DNA of 64,000 bases from an uncultured delta proteobacterium (GTDB lineage Bacteria; Desulfobacterota; RBG-13-43-22): assembly GCA_963711835.1 (NCBI GenBank), contig CAVQFQ010000004.1, positions 352,001-416,000 of the forward strand, written 5' to 3'. Position 1 is the stretch's first letter. The number at the start of each line of letters is the position of its first letter. Positions 1 to 9,546 of the stretch are shown here, piece by piece. A program made the translations under genes and the position numbers. Below the pieces are notes generated by a model. It was not told the origin of the DNA and ran no database searches. It was given only the letters and a program-made list of their open reading frames with translations.

Positions 1-287
1 TGAATGACTATGAGTTCAAAATCGTGAAATTCAAAGGCGACTTCGTCTGGCACAGTCACCCTGATACAGACGAGACATTTATCATCATAGAGGGAACGCT
101 TGTAATGAACTTCCACGACCGAAAGGTGGAAGTTCAAACTGGAGAGATGATTGTCATCCCGAAAGGTCTCGAACATAAGCCTTCTTCTGAGAACGGATAC
201 AAAGCCCTCCTCATTGAGCCGGAGGGAGTGCCCAATACCGGTGATGTTCAGAGCGAAATGACCATCGCAAAGGTTGAATGGGTGTAA
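1..287 (+). CDS. Cupin-domain protein (5'-truncated by window edge)
   Basis: Frame is open from nt 3 (NDYEFKIVKFKGDFVWHSHPDTDE...); has cupin HxH...E and G-x5-PxGxxH motifs. Confidence 0.85.
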   Translation, partial: NDYEFKIVKFKGDFVWHSHPDTDETFIIIEGTLVMNFHDRKVEVQTGEMIVIPKGLEHKPSSENGYKALLIEPEGVPNTGDVQSEMTIAKVEWV

Positions 288-389
288 AAGTGATGATCGG
301 GCCAACCCCGGTTTGGATCGACACCATCCATTCGTTTTAGCCGTTCAGCTGTCCTAATTCATTGCAAGGTTTGTCGAAAGGACTTTCCG

Positions 390-737
390 GTGAACCTTAT
401 CGAGAAAATAGCCAATGGCATAGCACAAACGAAGTTTGCAAGCAAAGCCATCAATGAACGTGCAGACCTCAGTGCATTCAAGCAGAAACCAACAGTACAG
501 AATACTTTTGGAATATTTCTGATGTGTTGTAGTTACATCATTGGCTGGCCAGCGGTAGGGTTGACCGGAGCTTTATCGATTTACTGGAGCCAGCCTTTGC
601 TAATTATCATAGGAGCACCCATCTTCCTTATAACTGCCCACCTGGTTTTTTTACTGGGAATGTATTTAGCTGGGGGCAGATATGTCATGATACTCCTTAG
701 ATGGGTCACACGGGTCACGCTTGAGAAGCTGATGTGA
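390..737 (+). CDS. Hypothetical membrane protein (2 predicted TM segments)
   Basis: 115-aa ORF with two hydrophobic stretches. Confidence 0.65.
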   Translation: MNLIEKIANGIAQTKFASKAINERADLSAFKQKPTVQNTFGIFLMCCSYIIGWPAVGLTGALSIYWSQPLLIIIGAPIFLITAHLVFLLGMYLAGGRYVMILLRWVTRVTLEKLM

Positions 738-859
738 GGAGAGACGGTCTATCGTCATCCCGTTGAAGGGGACGTAGCTCCGATAATTCCGTTAATATTT
801 TTCTCTCTCTTCTTGGCCCAGGTTTTTAAGCAGAGTTTGTAATGAGCAAATCATAAAAG

Positions 860-894
860 GGGACGTTCGTGCAGAGATTGCTTGGGGGCCTATA
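860..894 (+). repeat. ~35-bp direct repeat, copy 1 (GGGACGTTCGTGCAGAGATTGCTTG...)
   Basis: 25 bp identical to 1595-1619, extending with 2 mismatches; the two copies flank the methyltransferase. Confidence 0.9.
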
Positions 895-916
895 AGAAAT
901 AGGCCGCATTAGGGCT

Positions 917-1591
917 ATGATTATGGGACAGGAATTAAAAAACATAGAGCGGATGTACGATACAGTAGCCAAAGAATATTCGGATACATTTTCTGGTGAA
1001 CACGAAAAAAAACCGAAAGATCAAGAAATACTCCACAGATTCTCGCAAGAGATCGGGGGCAGAAGGCCGGTTTGGGATTTCGGCTGTGGTCCCGGTCAAA
1101 CTACAAACTACCTGAAAAACCTTGGTATTGAAATCTCAGGGCTGGATCTGTCAGAAAAAATACTGGAACAGGCAAGAACAATTCATCCAGAGATACACTT
1201 CCGAAAGGGAAATATTCTTGAACTCGAATTTGAAAACGACTCAATAGGCGGTGTTGTTGCTTTCTATGCTATTGTTCACTTTACAGAAGAACAAGTAGAA
1301 ATAGCCTTTCGTGAAGCATTTCGTGTATTACAGCCGGGTGGATTATTCCTTTTCACATACCACATCGGTGAGGAGACAATCCACTTAGACGAGTTTCTCG
1401 GTAAGAAAATCGATATAGATTTCATGTTTTTCACTACTGATTTCATTTTCAGTTGTCTAAAGGCCAGTGGATTTGAAAAGATAGAGATAATTGAGAGAGA
1501 CCCATACCCCGGGGTGGAGTACGAAAGCCGAAGGGCTTATGTGTTTGCGATAAAGCCAGTCGTGCCAAAATCGCTCAACCCTGCGTTATAA
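917..1591 (+). CDS. Class I SAM-dependent methyltransferase
   Basis: Motif I DFGCGPG, GLDLS, RVLQPGG. Confidence 0.9.
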   Translation: MIMGQELKNIERMYDTVAKEYSDTFSGEHEKKPKDQEILHRFSQEIGGRRPVWDFGCGPGQTTNYLKNLGIEISGLDLSEKILEQARTIHPEIHFRKGNILELEFENDSIGGVVAFYAIVHFTEEQVEIAFREAFRVLQPGGLFLFTYHIGEETIHLDEFLGKKIDIDFMFFTTDFIFSCLKASGFEKIEIIERDPYPGVEYESRRAYVFAIKPVVPKSLNPAL

Positions 1592-1594
1592 AGC

Positions 1595-1629
1595 GGGACG
1601 TTCGTGCAGAGATTGCTTGAGGGCTTATA
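1595..1629 (+). repeat. ~35-bp direct repeat, copy 2
   Basis: Matches 860-894. Confidence 0.9.
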
Positions 1630-1645
1630 CGGCTGGATGAAACGC

Positions 1646-1879
1646 TCAGTTTTCTAATAGCTTCTCGATTTCTTCCTGGTTGAATCCGACCAGAAACTGT
1701 TCTCCCTTCTGAATCACCGGCACCCGTTTCTGGCGGGTCAGTTTGAGCATGCGGACCACGGCGGCCTGGTCCTGGGAGAGGTCAACCTCCTGAAAGGCGA
1801 TTTTTTTCTGACGAAGGAACTCCTTCGTGGCCAGGCACTCCGGTCAGGATGGCAGGGAGTAAACCAGTGGTTCTTCCAT
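1646..1879 (-). CDS. Glutaredoxin/NrdH-like selenoprotein (U-P-E-C active site; in-frame UGA at 1844-1846)
   Basis: Manual translation MEEPLVYSLPS-U-PECLATKEFLRQKKIAFQEVDLSQDQAAVVRMLKLTRQKRVPVIQKGEQFLVGFNQEEIEKLLEN*; RBS GAGAGG upstream; absent from the ORF track. Confidence 0.85.
1811..1828 (-). promoter_or_regulatory. Putative bacterial SECIS hairpin (glutaredoxin)
   Basis: Perfect stem ACGAAGG-AGUU-CCUUCGU starting 15 nt after the UGA. Confidence 0.7.
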
Positions 1880-1913
1880 AATCGTCATTCCTCTCTTGCC
1901 CTCTTTAAGGGAC

Positions 1914-2906
1914 TTAAAAGGCTCTTTCCGGACCCTTGGAGTACAAGGCCAAATCCTTTTCGACCATTTCCCGGATCAGTTCCTCAAAGCTGACCCTTGG
2001 CCTCCAACCCAGGACCCTCTCCGCCTTGGAGTAATTGCCCATCAGGACCATGACTTCCGAGGGCCGGTAAAGGGTCGGGTCGATATCCAGGTAGTTTCGA
2101 AAATCCAATTCCAGCAAAGCGAAGGCCTTCTTTAGAAAATCTTCAACGGAATGGCATTGTCCGGTGGCAATGACATAATCGTCCGGCTTCTCTTGCTGGA
2201 GCATCAGCCACATGGCCTGGACATAATCCCGGGCGTGTCCCCAATCTCGTTTGGCCTGAATGTTTCCCAGTTTGATCCGCTTTTCCCGGCCTAATTTAAT
2301 TAAGGCGGCCTGAGACGTTATTTTACGGGTGACAAATTCGTGCCCCCGGCGGGGAGACTCGTGATTAAATAATATGCCGCAGGAAGCATGCAGGTTATAG
2401 GCCTCCCGGTAATTGCGGGTCAGTTCAAAACCGGCCACTTTGGAAATGCCGTAGGGGGAACGGGGATGAAAAGGGGTATTTTCATCCTGCGGGGTCTCCC
2501 GGACCTTTCCAAAGGTCTCGCTGGAAGCGGCAAAATAAAACCGGCAGCGGGGGGCCTTTTGTTTTATGGAGGACAGCAAATAATGGGTGCCGTTGATATT
2601 GGTATTGATGGTCGAAAATTCATCTTCAAAGGAATAGCTGACGAAGCTCTGGGCCGCCAGATGATAACATTCATCCGGTTGAACCGCTTCGATAACGTTG
2701 AAGAGGCTGGGGTAACTTTCCATGGAACCGGCGTGCAGGGTAATTTTATCCAGGATATGGCGCAGCCGCCAAAGGCGATGGAGAGGATCTTCCAGGGCCA
2801 TGCGGCGGACGATGCCATGGACCTCATACCCCTTGGAAAGTAAAAGTTCGCTCAAATAACTTCCATCCTGACCTGTTATTCCGGTAATCAAGGCACGTTT
2901 CATCAT
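1914..2906 (-). CDS. gmd: GDP-mannose 4,6-dehydratase
   Basis: ALITGITGQDGSYL, YHLAAQSFV, SPYGISK, ILFNHESPRRG. Confidence 0.96.
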   Translation of the reverse strand: MMKRALITGITGQDGSYLSELLLSKGYEVHGIVRRMALEDPLHRLWRLRHILDKITLHAGSMESYPSLFNVIEAVQPDECYHLAAQSFVSYSFEDEFSTINTNINGTHYLLSSIKQKAPRCRFYFAASSETFGKVRETPQDENTPFHPRSPYGISKVAGFELTRNYREAYNLHASCGILFNHESPRRGHEFVTRKITSQAALIKLGREKRIKLGNIQAKRDWGHARDYVQAMWLMLQQEKPDDYVIATGQCHSVEDFLKKAFALLELDFRNYLDIDPTLYRPSEVMVLMGNYSKAERVLGWRPRVSFEELIREMVEKDLALYSKGPERAF

Positions 2907-4079
2907 TCATCCATTTCGATTTAATTTTTGAACTATGGTTTGGAGTATGCGCTCTTTAAAGATTTCCCGGTCGAATTGAAGGGCATGGTCCCGGATCCTG
3001 GCCGGATTCAAGAGATGGGCGTGTTGCTCGAGTCTGGCCACCGCCTCCCGGAGCGCGGCCTCGGTCTGTTCCTGGAAAAGGACCCCGCTGAAAAAATCCC
3101 TTCGCCCTTCCAGGTAGTCCTCAAGGGGGACCACCGTTTCCAGGACCCCTCCCCGGCCGTAGGCCACCACCGGCCGGCCGGAGGCCTGGGCCTCCAGCGG
3201 CGTGATCCCGGCGTCTTCTTCACCGGGAAAAATCAAGGCCCGGCATTCGCCGTAAAGTTGTTTTAAGTTTTCATCCGACTGCCAGCCCAACCAGGAAATG
3301 TTCCGGCCGGATTCTTTTTGCAAAGAGGCCATCAAAGGCCCGCTGCCGGCGACCCGCAGCGGTTTTTTGCTCCGGTTAAAGGCCGAAACGGCCAGATCAA
3401 TCCGTTTATAGGGGGCCAGGGCCGTTACCATCAAATAATAGTCCCGGGGTTGAAAAGACAGGTCGAAGTGCTTCGTGTCCACCGGAACCGGGATGACCTC
3501 GGCCTCGCGGCGGTAGTATTTTAAAATGCGCCGGCGAACATTTTCGGAATCAGCCAGGAGATAGTCCACCTTCCGGCTGGTGCGCACGTCCCAGCGCCGG
3601 AGTATTCCGGCCAGAGCGGGCATGGCCATTTTGACCAGAAACCCGGCCGAGGAATTCCTGCCGAAATAACTGTCGTACATGTCCCAGATATAGCGTATGG
3701 GAGTAAACACATAGGAGATATGGAGCGTGGGAGGATGGATACGAACCCCCTTGGCCACACAATGACTGCCGGACAGGACCAGGTCATAGCCTCTTAAATC
3801 CATACTCCGGACGGCGAATGGAAAAAGGGGGAGATAATGGCGATACCTTTTTTCAACCCCGGGAAGGTGCTGGGCCCAGGTAGTCAGGATCCGGTGCCGT
3901 TCAATAGTCGGCGAAACAGACCCCTTGACATGGAGGAGGGTATAGAGGTCGGCCTGGGGAAAGATTTCGCAAAAGCATTCCAGGCACTTTTCACCGCCGC
4001 GCATACCGGTCAACCAGTCGTGGACCAGGGCCACCCGCAAAGAGGAAAGAGAGGTTTTATTTCGCCGGATTTGGGTCAT
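2907..4079 (-). CDS. Glycosyltransferase family 4
   Basis: ALVHDWLTGMRGGEK N-terminus; EDAGITPLEAQASG motif. Confidence 0.92.
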   Translation of the reverse strand: MTQIRRNKTSLSSLRVALVHDWLTGMRGGEKCLECFCEIFPQADLYTLLHVKGSVSPTIERHRILTTWAQHLPGVEKRYRHYLPLFPFAVRSMDLRGYDLVLSGSHCVAKGVRIHPPTLHISYVFTPIRYIWDMYDSYFGRNSSAGFLVKMAMPALAGILRRWDVRTSRKVDYLLADSENVRRRILKYYRREAEVIPVPVDTKHFDLSFQPRDYYLMVTALAPYKRIDLAVSAFNRSKKPLRVAGSGPLMASLQKESGRNISWLGWQSDENLKQLYGECRALIFPGEEDAGITPLEAQASGRPVVAYGRGGVLETVVPLEDYLEGRRDFFSGVLFQEQTEAALREAVARLEQHAHLLNPARIRDHALQFDREIFKERILQTIVQKLNRNG

Positions 4080-5167
4080 TTTTTTAGGGTGCGGCCCAGG
4101 GTCTTATAGGTATTTAGGACGATGCGGGTGGTTTTCTCCCAGGAATACTCCTGGGCCCGCTGAAGCCCCTGGTGCCTGAGCTCCCGGGACAGGCCGGGAT
4201 CATCAAGGACCTGTTTGATTCCCCGGACAATGGCCTCGACCTGAAAGGGGTCCACCTGGATCCCGGCCCGGCCGACGATTTCCGGCAGGGAACTTCGATT
4301 GCCTACCAGCACCGGACAGCCGCAGGCCATGGCCTCCAGGACGGGCAGGCCGAAGCCTTCATAAAGCGAGGGGGCCAAAAGCAATTGGGCCCGGGAATAC
4401 AAGGCGCGAAGCTCTTCATCGGAACAATGCGGAAAATTGATGATCCGGTCAGCCAATTCAGGCGGGATGGCCTGAAGGGTCAGCCCGACCACCACCAGCT
4501 TCCCGGGATAGGCCTGTTCCCGGACCAGCTTTTGGAAAGCGGACACGACCCGGATGCTATTCTTATGGGGTTTCGGATTGCCCACAAAAAGTAAAAATCC
4601 AGAACCCTGGCCACCGTCCGGGGAGAGGAGGGGGGGTTCCGGCCGGGGGAACCAAAAAGAATCAATTCCGTTGGGAGTAACCGTGATTTTATCCGGGTTT
4701 CCCTTGAGATAAAGCTGAATATCTTTCCTGGAATGGTCGGAGACCGTAAACACCTGAAGGCAGCGGGCCACGGCCGGCCGGAGAACCATCCTGTAATAGA
4801 TCCGGTGAAGCGGGCTGTAGTCCTTGGGAAAAACCAGATGGATGAGATCATGGATCGTCAGCAACCCCTTTCGAACAAAGGCCAAGGGGAGGGTATAGGT
4901 GGGGGAATGATAGAGATCAAATTTCTCTCTCCGTAAAAGAAGAGGGAGCTGCCATTGTTCCTGGAGGGAGTAGAGGGGTATAGGGGTGCTGATCCAGCGC
5001 GCTGTCTCAGTCCGGGGCAAGGATTCTTTCCTTCCCTCCGGACCGGTCAGGATGAAGTATTCATTTTCAAGGTCCTGGGACAGCAGGCCGTCGAGAAGGC
5101 GGCCGGCATAACGGGCTATGCCGTGCATCTGAGCTCCAAGAACCCGGGCATCAAAGAGGATCCTCAT
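4076..5167 (-). CDS. Glycosyltransferase family 4
   Basis: KPHKN; PSLYEGFGLPVLEAMACG. Confidence 0.92.
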   Translation of the reverse strand: MRILFDARVLGAQMHGIARYAGRLLDGLLSQDLENEYFILTGPEGRKESLPRTETARWISTPIPLYSLQEQWQLPLLLRREKFDLYHSPTYTLPLAFVRKGLLTIHDLIHLVFPKDYSPLHRIYYRMVLRPAVARCLQVFTVSDHSRKDIQLYLKGNPDKITVTPNGIDSFWFPRPEPPLLSPDGGQGSGFLLFVGNPKPHKNSIRVVSAFQKLVREQAYPGKLVVVGLTLQAIPPELADRIINFPHCSDEELRALYSRAQLLLAPSLYEGFGLPVLEAMACGCPVLVGNRSSLPEIVGRAGIQVDPFQVEAIVRGIKQVLDDPGLSRELRHQGLQRAQEYSWEKTTRIVLNTYKTLGRTLKK

Positions 5168-5173
5168 GGAACC

Positions 5174-6331
5174 TTACCCCTGGCCCGGGCCGGAAGAAGA
5201 GTGGCTGCTGACCGAACGATAAACCTCGAGGGTCTTGCGGGCCGCTTCTTCCCAGGAAAACCGGGTGGACTGTTCCAGGCCCAATCGGCTCAGGCGCATT
5301 CTTTCTTCCGGGTTTTGTAACAAGGCCACGATCCGGTCAGCCAGGTCCTGAATCCGGGTCGGATCCACCAGAACGCCGGCCGAACCCACAATTTCCGGGA
5401 TGGAGGAACGATTGGAAGAGATGACCGGCGTTCCGCAACTCATGGCCTCCAGGACGGGCAGGCCAAAGCCTTCATAAAGAGACGGGAAAACAAAAAGCTC
5501 GGCCCCGTTCATAAACAGGGGGATGTGTTCCATAGGAACATAGCCGGTAAAAAGGACCTGGTCCCGTACGGGATAATTTTTCAGATAATGGCTCAAGGCC
5601 CGGGTCAACCACCCTTTCTGGCCGCTGACCACTAATTGATATTCATTCCCCAGCTCGCGACAGACCCGGGTGAAGGCCTCCAATAAAACGATCAAGTTTT
5701 TTCGAGGCTCGATATTGCCCAGGTGATAGATAAATTTTTTCGTAATGCCATAGCGCTCTTTTATCCGGGCTTGAACCTCCTTTTTATCATGGGAACGAAA
5801 GATCGGGGAGGGGGCCTCATGAATCACGACAATTTTTTCCGAAGGCACCTCCAATATTTTAATCAAATCCTGACGGGTGTGATAAGAGACCGCAATGATT
5901 TTATCGGCTTTCTTCACCGCCTGTCTGAGCAAGTAGCGCATATAAGCCCCATATTTCAGAGGAATCGTTTCCGGAAAAAGGAAAGCGACCAGGTCGTGGA
6001 TGGTTACGACCAAACCATAATGATCTTTTCTGAAGGGGATCAGGGAAGCGGGGCCGTGAAAAACATGGATGCCCATCTTTTTCAACCGAACAGGTAAAAT
6101 GAAATGTTCCCAAAAATCACTCAAGGGGTGATTCTCATGGGAAAACAGGGTAAGAAAGGGGTTCTGTTCCCGGGCCAGATGCCCCAGAAGGGGCAAATTT
6201 TTCTTCTGGGACAGGAAATAATAAATCGGTCCCGGATCAACCTGTCTCAAGTTTTGTATGAGGTTCAGGACATAGTTCCCCACCCCGGAACGGTTGGGCA
6301 GAACGGTCCGGACATCAATCGCGATTTTCAT
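5174..6331 (-). CDS. Glycosyltransferase family 4
   Basis: EPRKNL; PSLYEGFGLPVLEAMSCG. Confidence 0.92.
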   Translation of the reverse strand: MKIAIDVRTVLPNRSGVGNYVLNLIQNLRQVDPGPIYYFLSQKKNLPLLGHLAREQNPFLTLFSHENHPLSDFWEHFILPVRLKKMGIHVFHGPASLIPFRKDHYGLVVTIHDLVAFLFPETIPLKYGAYMRYLLRQAVKKADKIIAVSYHTRQDLIKILEVPSEKIVVIHEAPSPIFRSHDKKEVQARIKERYGITKKFIYHLGNIEPRKNLIVLLEAFTRVCRELGNEYQLVVSGQKGWLTRALSHYLKNYPVRDQVLFTGYVPMEHIPLFMNGAELFVFPSLYEGFGLPVLEAMSCGTPVISSNRSSIPEIVGSAGVLVDPTRIQDLADRIVALLQNPEERMRLSRLGLEQSTRFSWEEAARKTLEVYRSVSSHSSSGPGQG

Positions 6332-6369
6332 GGCTCAAAACGGGCAAGGTCTCGGGTTATCATGTTAGG

Positions 6370-7824
6370 TTAAAGGCCTTCTTCCGCGTCAGCGGAAGAA
6401 AAGCGCAGCATTCTTTTCAGCAGTTGCCAGTCTTCCCGGGTTACCAATCCGAACAGGAGCAGGCCGGCCAGATAAATGCTCAAGGCCAAAGGCCAGACCA
6501 GCCCCGGCGGCGAATTTCTAAAGGCCCAGAGCGGCCAGGCCATGCAGCCGCCGCAAAGAATAAGCCGGGCCAGGCTCCGGAGCCAGGGAAGGCGGAAGAA
6601 AACCCGCTGCAAGTGCCAGAGATAAAACCCGGACAGGAGTATTTCGGTCATCACGGTGGTTACACTGGCCCCCAAATAGCCGTAGGCCGGCAGGATGAAC
6701 CAATTGAGCCCCAGGTTAAAAAGGACGGCCGCCCCACTAGCCCAGGCTATCATTTTTTCCTGGTTGATGGCAATTAAAGTATGAAAAAAGACATAATTGA
6801 TAAAAATAAAGGGAATGACCCAGATCAAAATTTTCATGGCCGGAACCGAGGGAGAGAAGGAGGGGCCGAATAGGAGAACCAGGAGAGGGTCGGCCAGGAA
6901 GATGGCGGCCAGGACCAGGGGAACGGCCGCTACGGTAAGATAGGTAAGGGTCCTTTGATAGGCCTTTTTCAGGCTCTCTTCGTCCCGGTTCTTTAAGGCC
7001 GTAAATATGGGAAAAACGCCAGCCATGATCAGGTAGGGGAGGAGGGAGACCATTTCGACGATTTTTACCGGGATGGAATACCAGCCAATTTCAGCCGAAG
7101 AAAATTTAAACAGGGAAAGGAGGACGATATCCATCCGAAAATAAACCGTCATGAAAAGGGCCGATACCCCGAGAGGCAGTCCGGAACGAAGGACTTTTTT
7201 CCAGAAAGGAAATTCCCACCGGGGGGGAAAGGGGGTTATTTTTTTCCAAATGATCCGGCCCGATACGAGACAGCTCAGGCCATAAGACCCTACCAGGGCC
7301 AGGAGAAATCCCTCCAAACCGTATCCGGCCCAGAGGACGCCCAGGGGCAGGGCCACCACCAGGACCTTGGACAAGCCTTTAATGAGGAGCTCGATTTCCA
7401 TTCTTTCGATACTATTGGTGACGGCCACCATGAAATCCAGCAGATGATTACCCGACAGATAGAGGAGGCTCAGAAAAGTCAGGAAAATCATTTCCCGGGA
7501 ATAGCCCAGGAGCCAGAGGAGCAAAGGACCCAGGGCCGAGAGTCCCAAAAGGAATAAGCCCTTGATGGAAAGGATATTTCCGGCGTAGCGTCCGAGGATG
7601 GAGGGTTGGCGGGAGACCTCCCTTATTAAAAGGGCATTCAGCCCCCAGTCGGAAAAAATGGTCAGAATCCCGGCCAGGTAATAGGCTAAGGCGTACTTCC
7701 CGAAGGCCTGGTCGCCTAAGATGCGGGCCGAAAAAATAACAAAAAAGAAGGCCAGGGAGCGAACCAGGACCTCGGCTATGAACTTGAGCAGAATGTTTTT
7801 TCGGGCCCGGTGAAATAAATTCAT
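6370..7824 (-). CDS. Polysaccharide flippase (Wzx-like)
   Basis: Many TM segments; ARILGDQAFGKY, DWGLNALLIRE, YFRMDIVLL. Confidence 0.88.
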   Translation of the reverse strand: MNLFHRARKNILLKFIAEVLVRSLAFFFVIFSARILGDQAFGKYALAYYLAGILTIFSDWGLNALLIREVSRQPSILGRYAGNILSIKGLFLLGLSALGPLLLWLLGYSREMIFLTFLSLLYLSGNHLLDFMVAVTNSIERMEIELLIKGLSKVLVVALPLGVLWAGYGLEGFLLALVGSYGLSCLVSGRIIWKKITPFPPRWEFPFWKKVLRSGLPLGVSALFMTVYFRMDIVLLSLFKFSSAEIGWYSIPVKIVEMVSLLPYLIMAGVFPIFTALKNRDEESLKKAYQRTLTYLTVAAVPLVLAAIFLADPLLVLLFGPSFSPSVPAMKILIWVIPFIFINYVFFHTLIAINQEKMIAWASGAAVLFNLGLNWFILPAYGYLGASVTTVMTEILLSGFYLWHLQRVFFRLPWLRSLARLILCGGCMAWPLWAFRNSPPGLVWPLALSIYLAGLLLFGLVTREDWQLLKRMLRFSSADAEEGL

Positions 7825-7886
7825 GGCTAAAAGCCCTTCGAGGAGCAGGAGATGCGCCGAGAGGAAACGGGAACCGATCGTTGATC

Positions 7887-9479
7887 TCAGATAAGATCCA
7901 GATTAATGCTTATCTTGGCTTTTTCCCGCAGGGAACGGGCCCAGTCTTCGAGAAGGGTGGATCGCTTCTGCTGCAGAAGGGCCTGGGAAAAGCGTTCCTT
8001 GTCTTGTTGAAAGCCGTCAAGAGGCGCGGCCCGGTATTCCTTGAAGACCAGGATTCCCCAATCCGGTCCCACCTGAAATGGTTTCTTGACCACCGGGCTC
8101 GAAGGGCCTAAGGAAAACAAGGCCTGTTGGGCTTCGGGGGAAGAGGCCCAGGAAGGGGTGTTTTTAAAACGGGAATAAAACCCGGTCTCTTGAAGGGATA
8201 GATTTTTGGCCCGGGCCTTTTCCTGAAGGTCCTTCCCCTGGGGTATGGTTTTCAGGAAGGCTTCGGCTTCCGAGAGGGCCAGTTGCCCGGCTTTTTCTTC
8301 CAGGTAATCCTGCCTGACCCTGGCTTCGGCCTGCTCGAAGGGCATGGTCTGGGGGTCTTTTCGGTCTATAGCCTGGAGAATGGCAAAGCCTCTCTTGGGA
8401 CCCAGATCCAGGATCGGTCCCAACTCCCCTTTCTTTAGGGCAAAGGCCTTGTCCTGGAATTCCTTGATCCCTTCCAGCCCCGCCCCGGATTGGCCGAACA
8501 GCATCCAGCCGCTCTCTTTTATCGGGGCCTTGGATTCCCGCCCGTAGCCGGTCAGGTTGCCTTTGGACAGAATCCGGTCATAGAGTTCTTCGGCCTTCAG
8601 ATGGGCTTTTTCCTGGGCCTTCTCCTCTTTCAAGGCGGTCCGAATCGAATCCTGAACCTGGTCCAGGGCCCGGGGTTCTTTTGTTTTAGGTTCGGTAAAT
8701 TTTTGAAGGTTCTGCTGATAGTAGGCCTGGATTTCCTTCTCGGTTACGGCTATGCCGGCCTCGAACTCGCCGGGATTGATCTCCAGATAGGCCACCCGCA
8801 CCTGCAGGGGGGTCCGGTAACGGGATTGATTTTGCGTGTAATAGGTCTTCAGTTGCCCGGGATCGAGGGGGACTTTATTTTTGAAGTCTTCCTTTTTAAA
8901 AAAAATGACCTGGGCATTGATCTCATCCGAAAGATAAGCGTAAAACTGGCGGATCTCTTCGGTCTCCACTTTTATGAAATCATTGAGGAAGACCCTGACC
9001 CTCTCCAACATCAGGTTGTCGGTCTGCTCGGCTTCAAAGTCCTGGGGGGTAATCCGGTTCATCTCCAGGATCTTTTTATAGCGATAGGAATTGAATTTTC
9101 CATTTTCCTGGAAAGCCGCCATCTGCTGTATGGACCGGGAAAGCTCGTCCGGAGTAGCCTGAAAGCCCAGGGTCCGGCCCAAATCCAAAAGTAATTTCTT
9201 TTCAATGATCCCGTCCAGGATCTTTCTTTTGAATTCCGGGGTATAGAGGGTCTTGTCATCCAGTTGCTGGCCGTAAAGGGAGCGCATCCGGTCGGTCATC
9301 TGGCGGTAGGCTTGCTGGTACTCAGCGACCGTGATGACCTTGCCGTTTACCTGGGCGACCCGCGAGGCCCGATCGGACCGAAAGCTCCCCACCCCCCAAA
9401 AGACAAAGACGATGGCGATAATGAAAAGGGCGCCCTTAATAAGCCAGGATTGAGCGTGTTTGCGCATTAAACTTAACAT
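7887..9479 (-). CDS. ppiD: SurA N-terminal domain/PpiD-like periplasmic chaperone
   Basis: MLSLMRKHAQSWLIK...FVFWG N-terminal anchor typical of PpiD. Confidence 0.8.
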   Translation of the reverse strand: MLSLMRKHAQSWLIKGALFIIAIVFVFWGVGSFRSDRASRVAQVNGKVITVAEYQQAYRQMTDRMRSLYGQQLDDKTLYTPEFKRKILDGIIEKKLLLDLGRTLGFQATPDELSRSIQQMAAFQENGKFNSYRYKKILEMNRITPQDFEAEQTDNLMLERVRVFLNDFIKVETEEIRQFYAYLSDEINAQVIFFKKEDFKNKVPLDPGQLKTYYTQNQSRYRTPLQVRVAYLEINPGEFEAGIAVTEKEIQAYYQQNLQKFTEPKTKEPRALDQVQDSIRTALKEEKAQEKAHLKAEELYDRILSKGNLTGYGRESKAPIKESGWMLFGQSGAGLEGIKEFQDKAFALKKGELGPILDLGPKRGFAILQAIDRKDPQTMPFEQAEARVRQDYLEEKAGQLALSEAEAFLKTIPQGKDLQEKARAKNLSLQETGFYSRFKNTPSWASSPEAQQALFSLGPSSPVVKKPFQVGPDWGILVFKEYRAAPLDGFQQDKERFSQALLQQKRSTLLEDWARSLREKAKISINLDLI

Positions 9480-9496
9480 AGGTTTGCCTCTGAAAT

Positions 9497-9526
9497 AAAA
9501 AAGGGCCTTACCTGAGCAAGACCCTT
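9497..9526 (-). terminator. Rho-independent terminator after the hdr/flx operon
   Basis: AGGGUCUUGC-UCAG-GUAAGGCCCU stem followed by U tract. Confidence 0.7.
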
Positions 9527-9546
9527 TGAAAAGATAACGTTACCAA

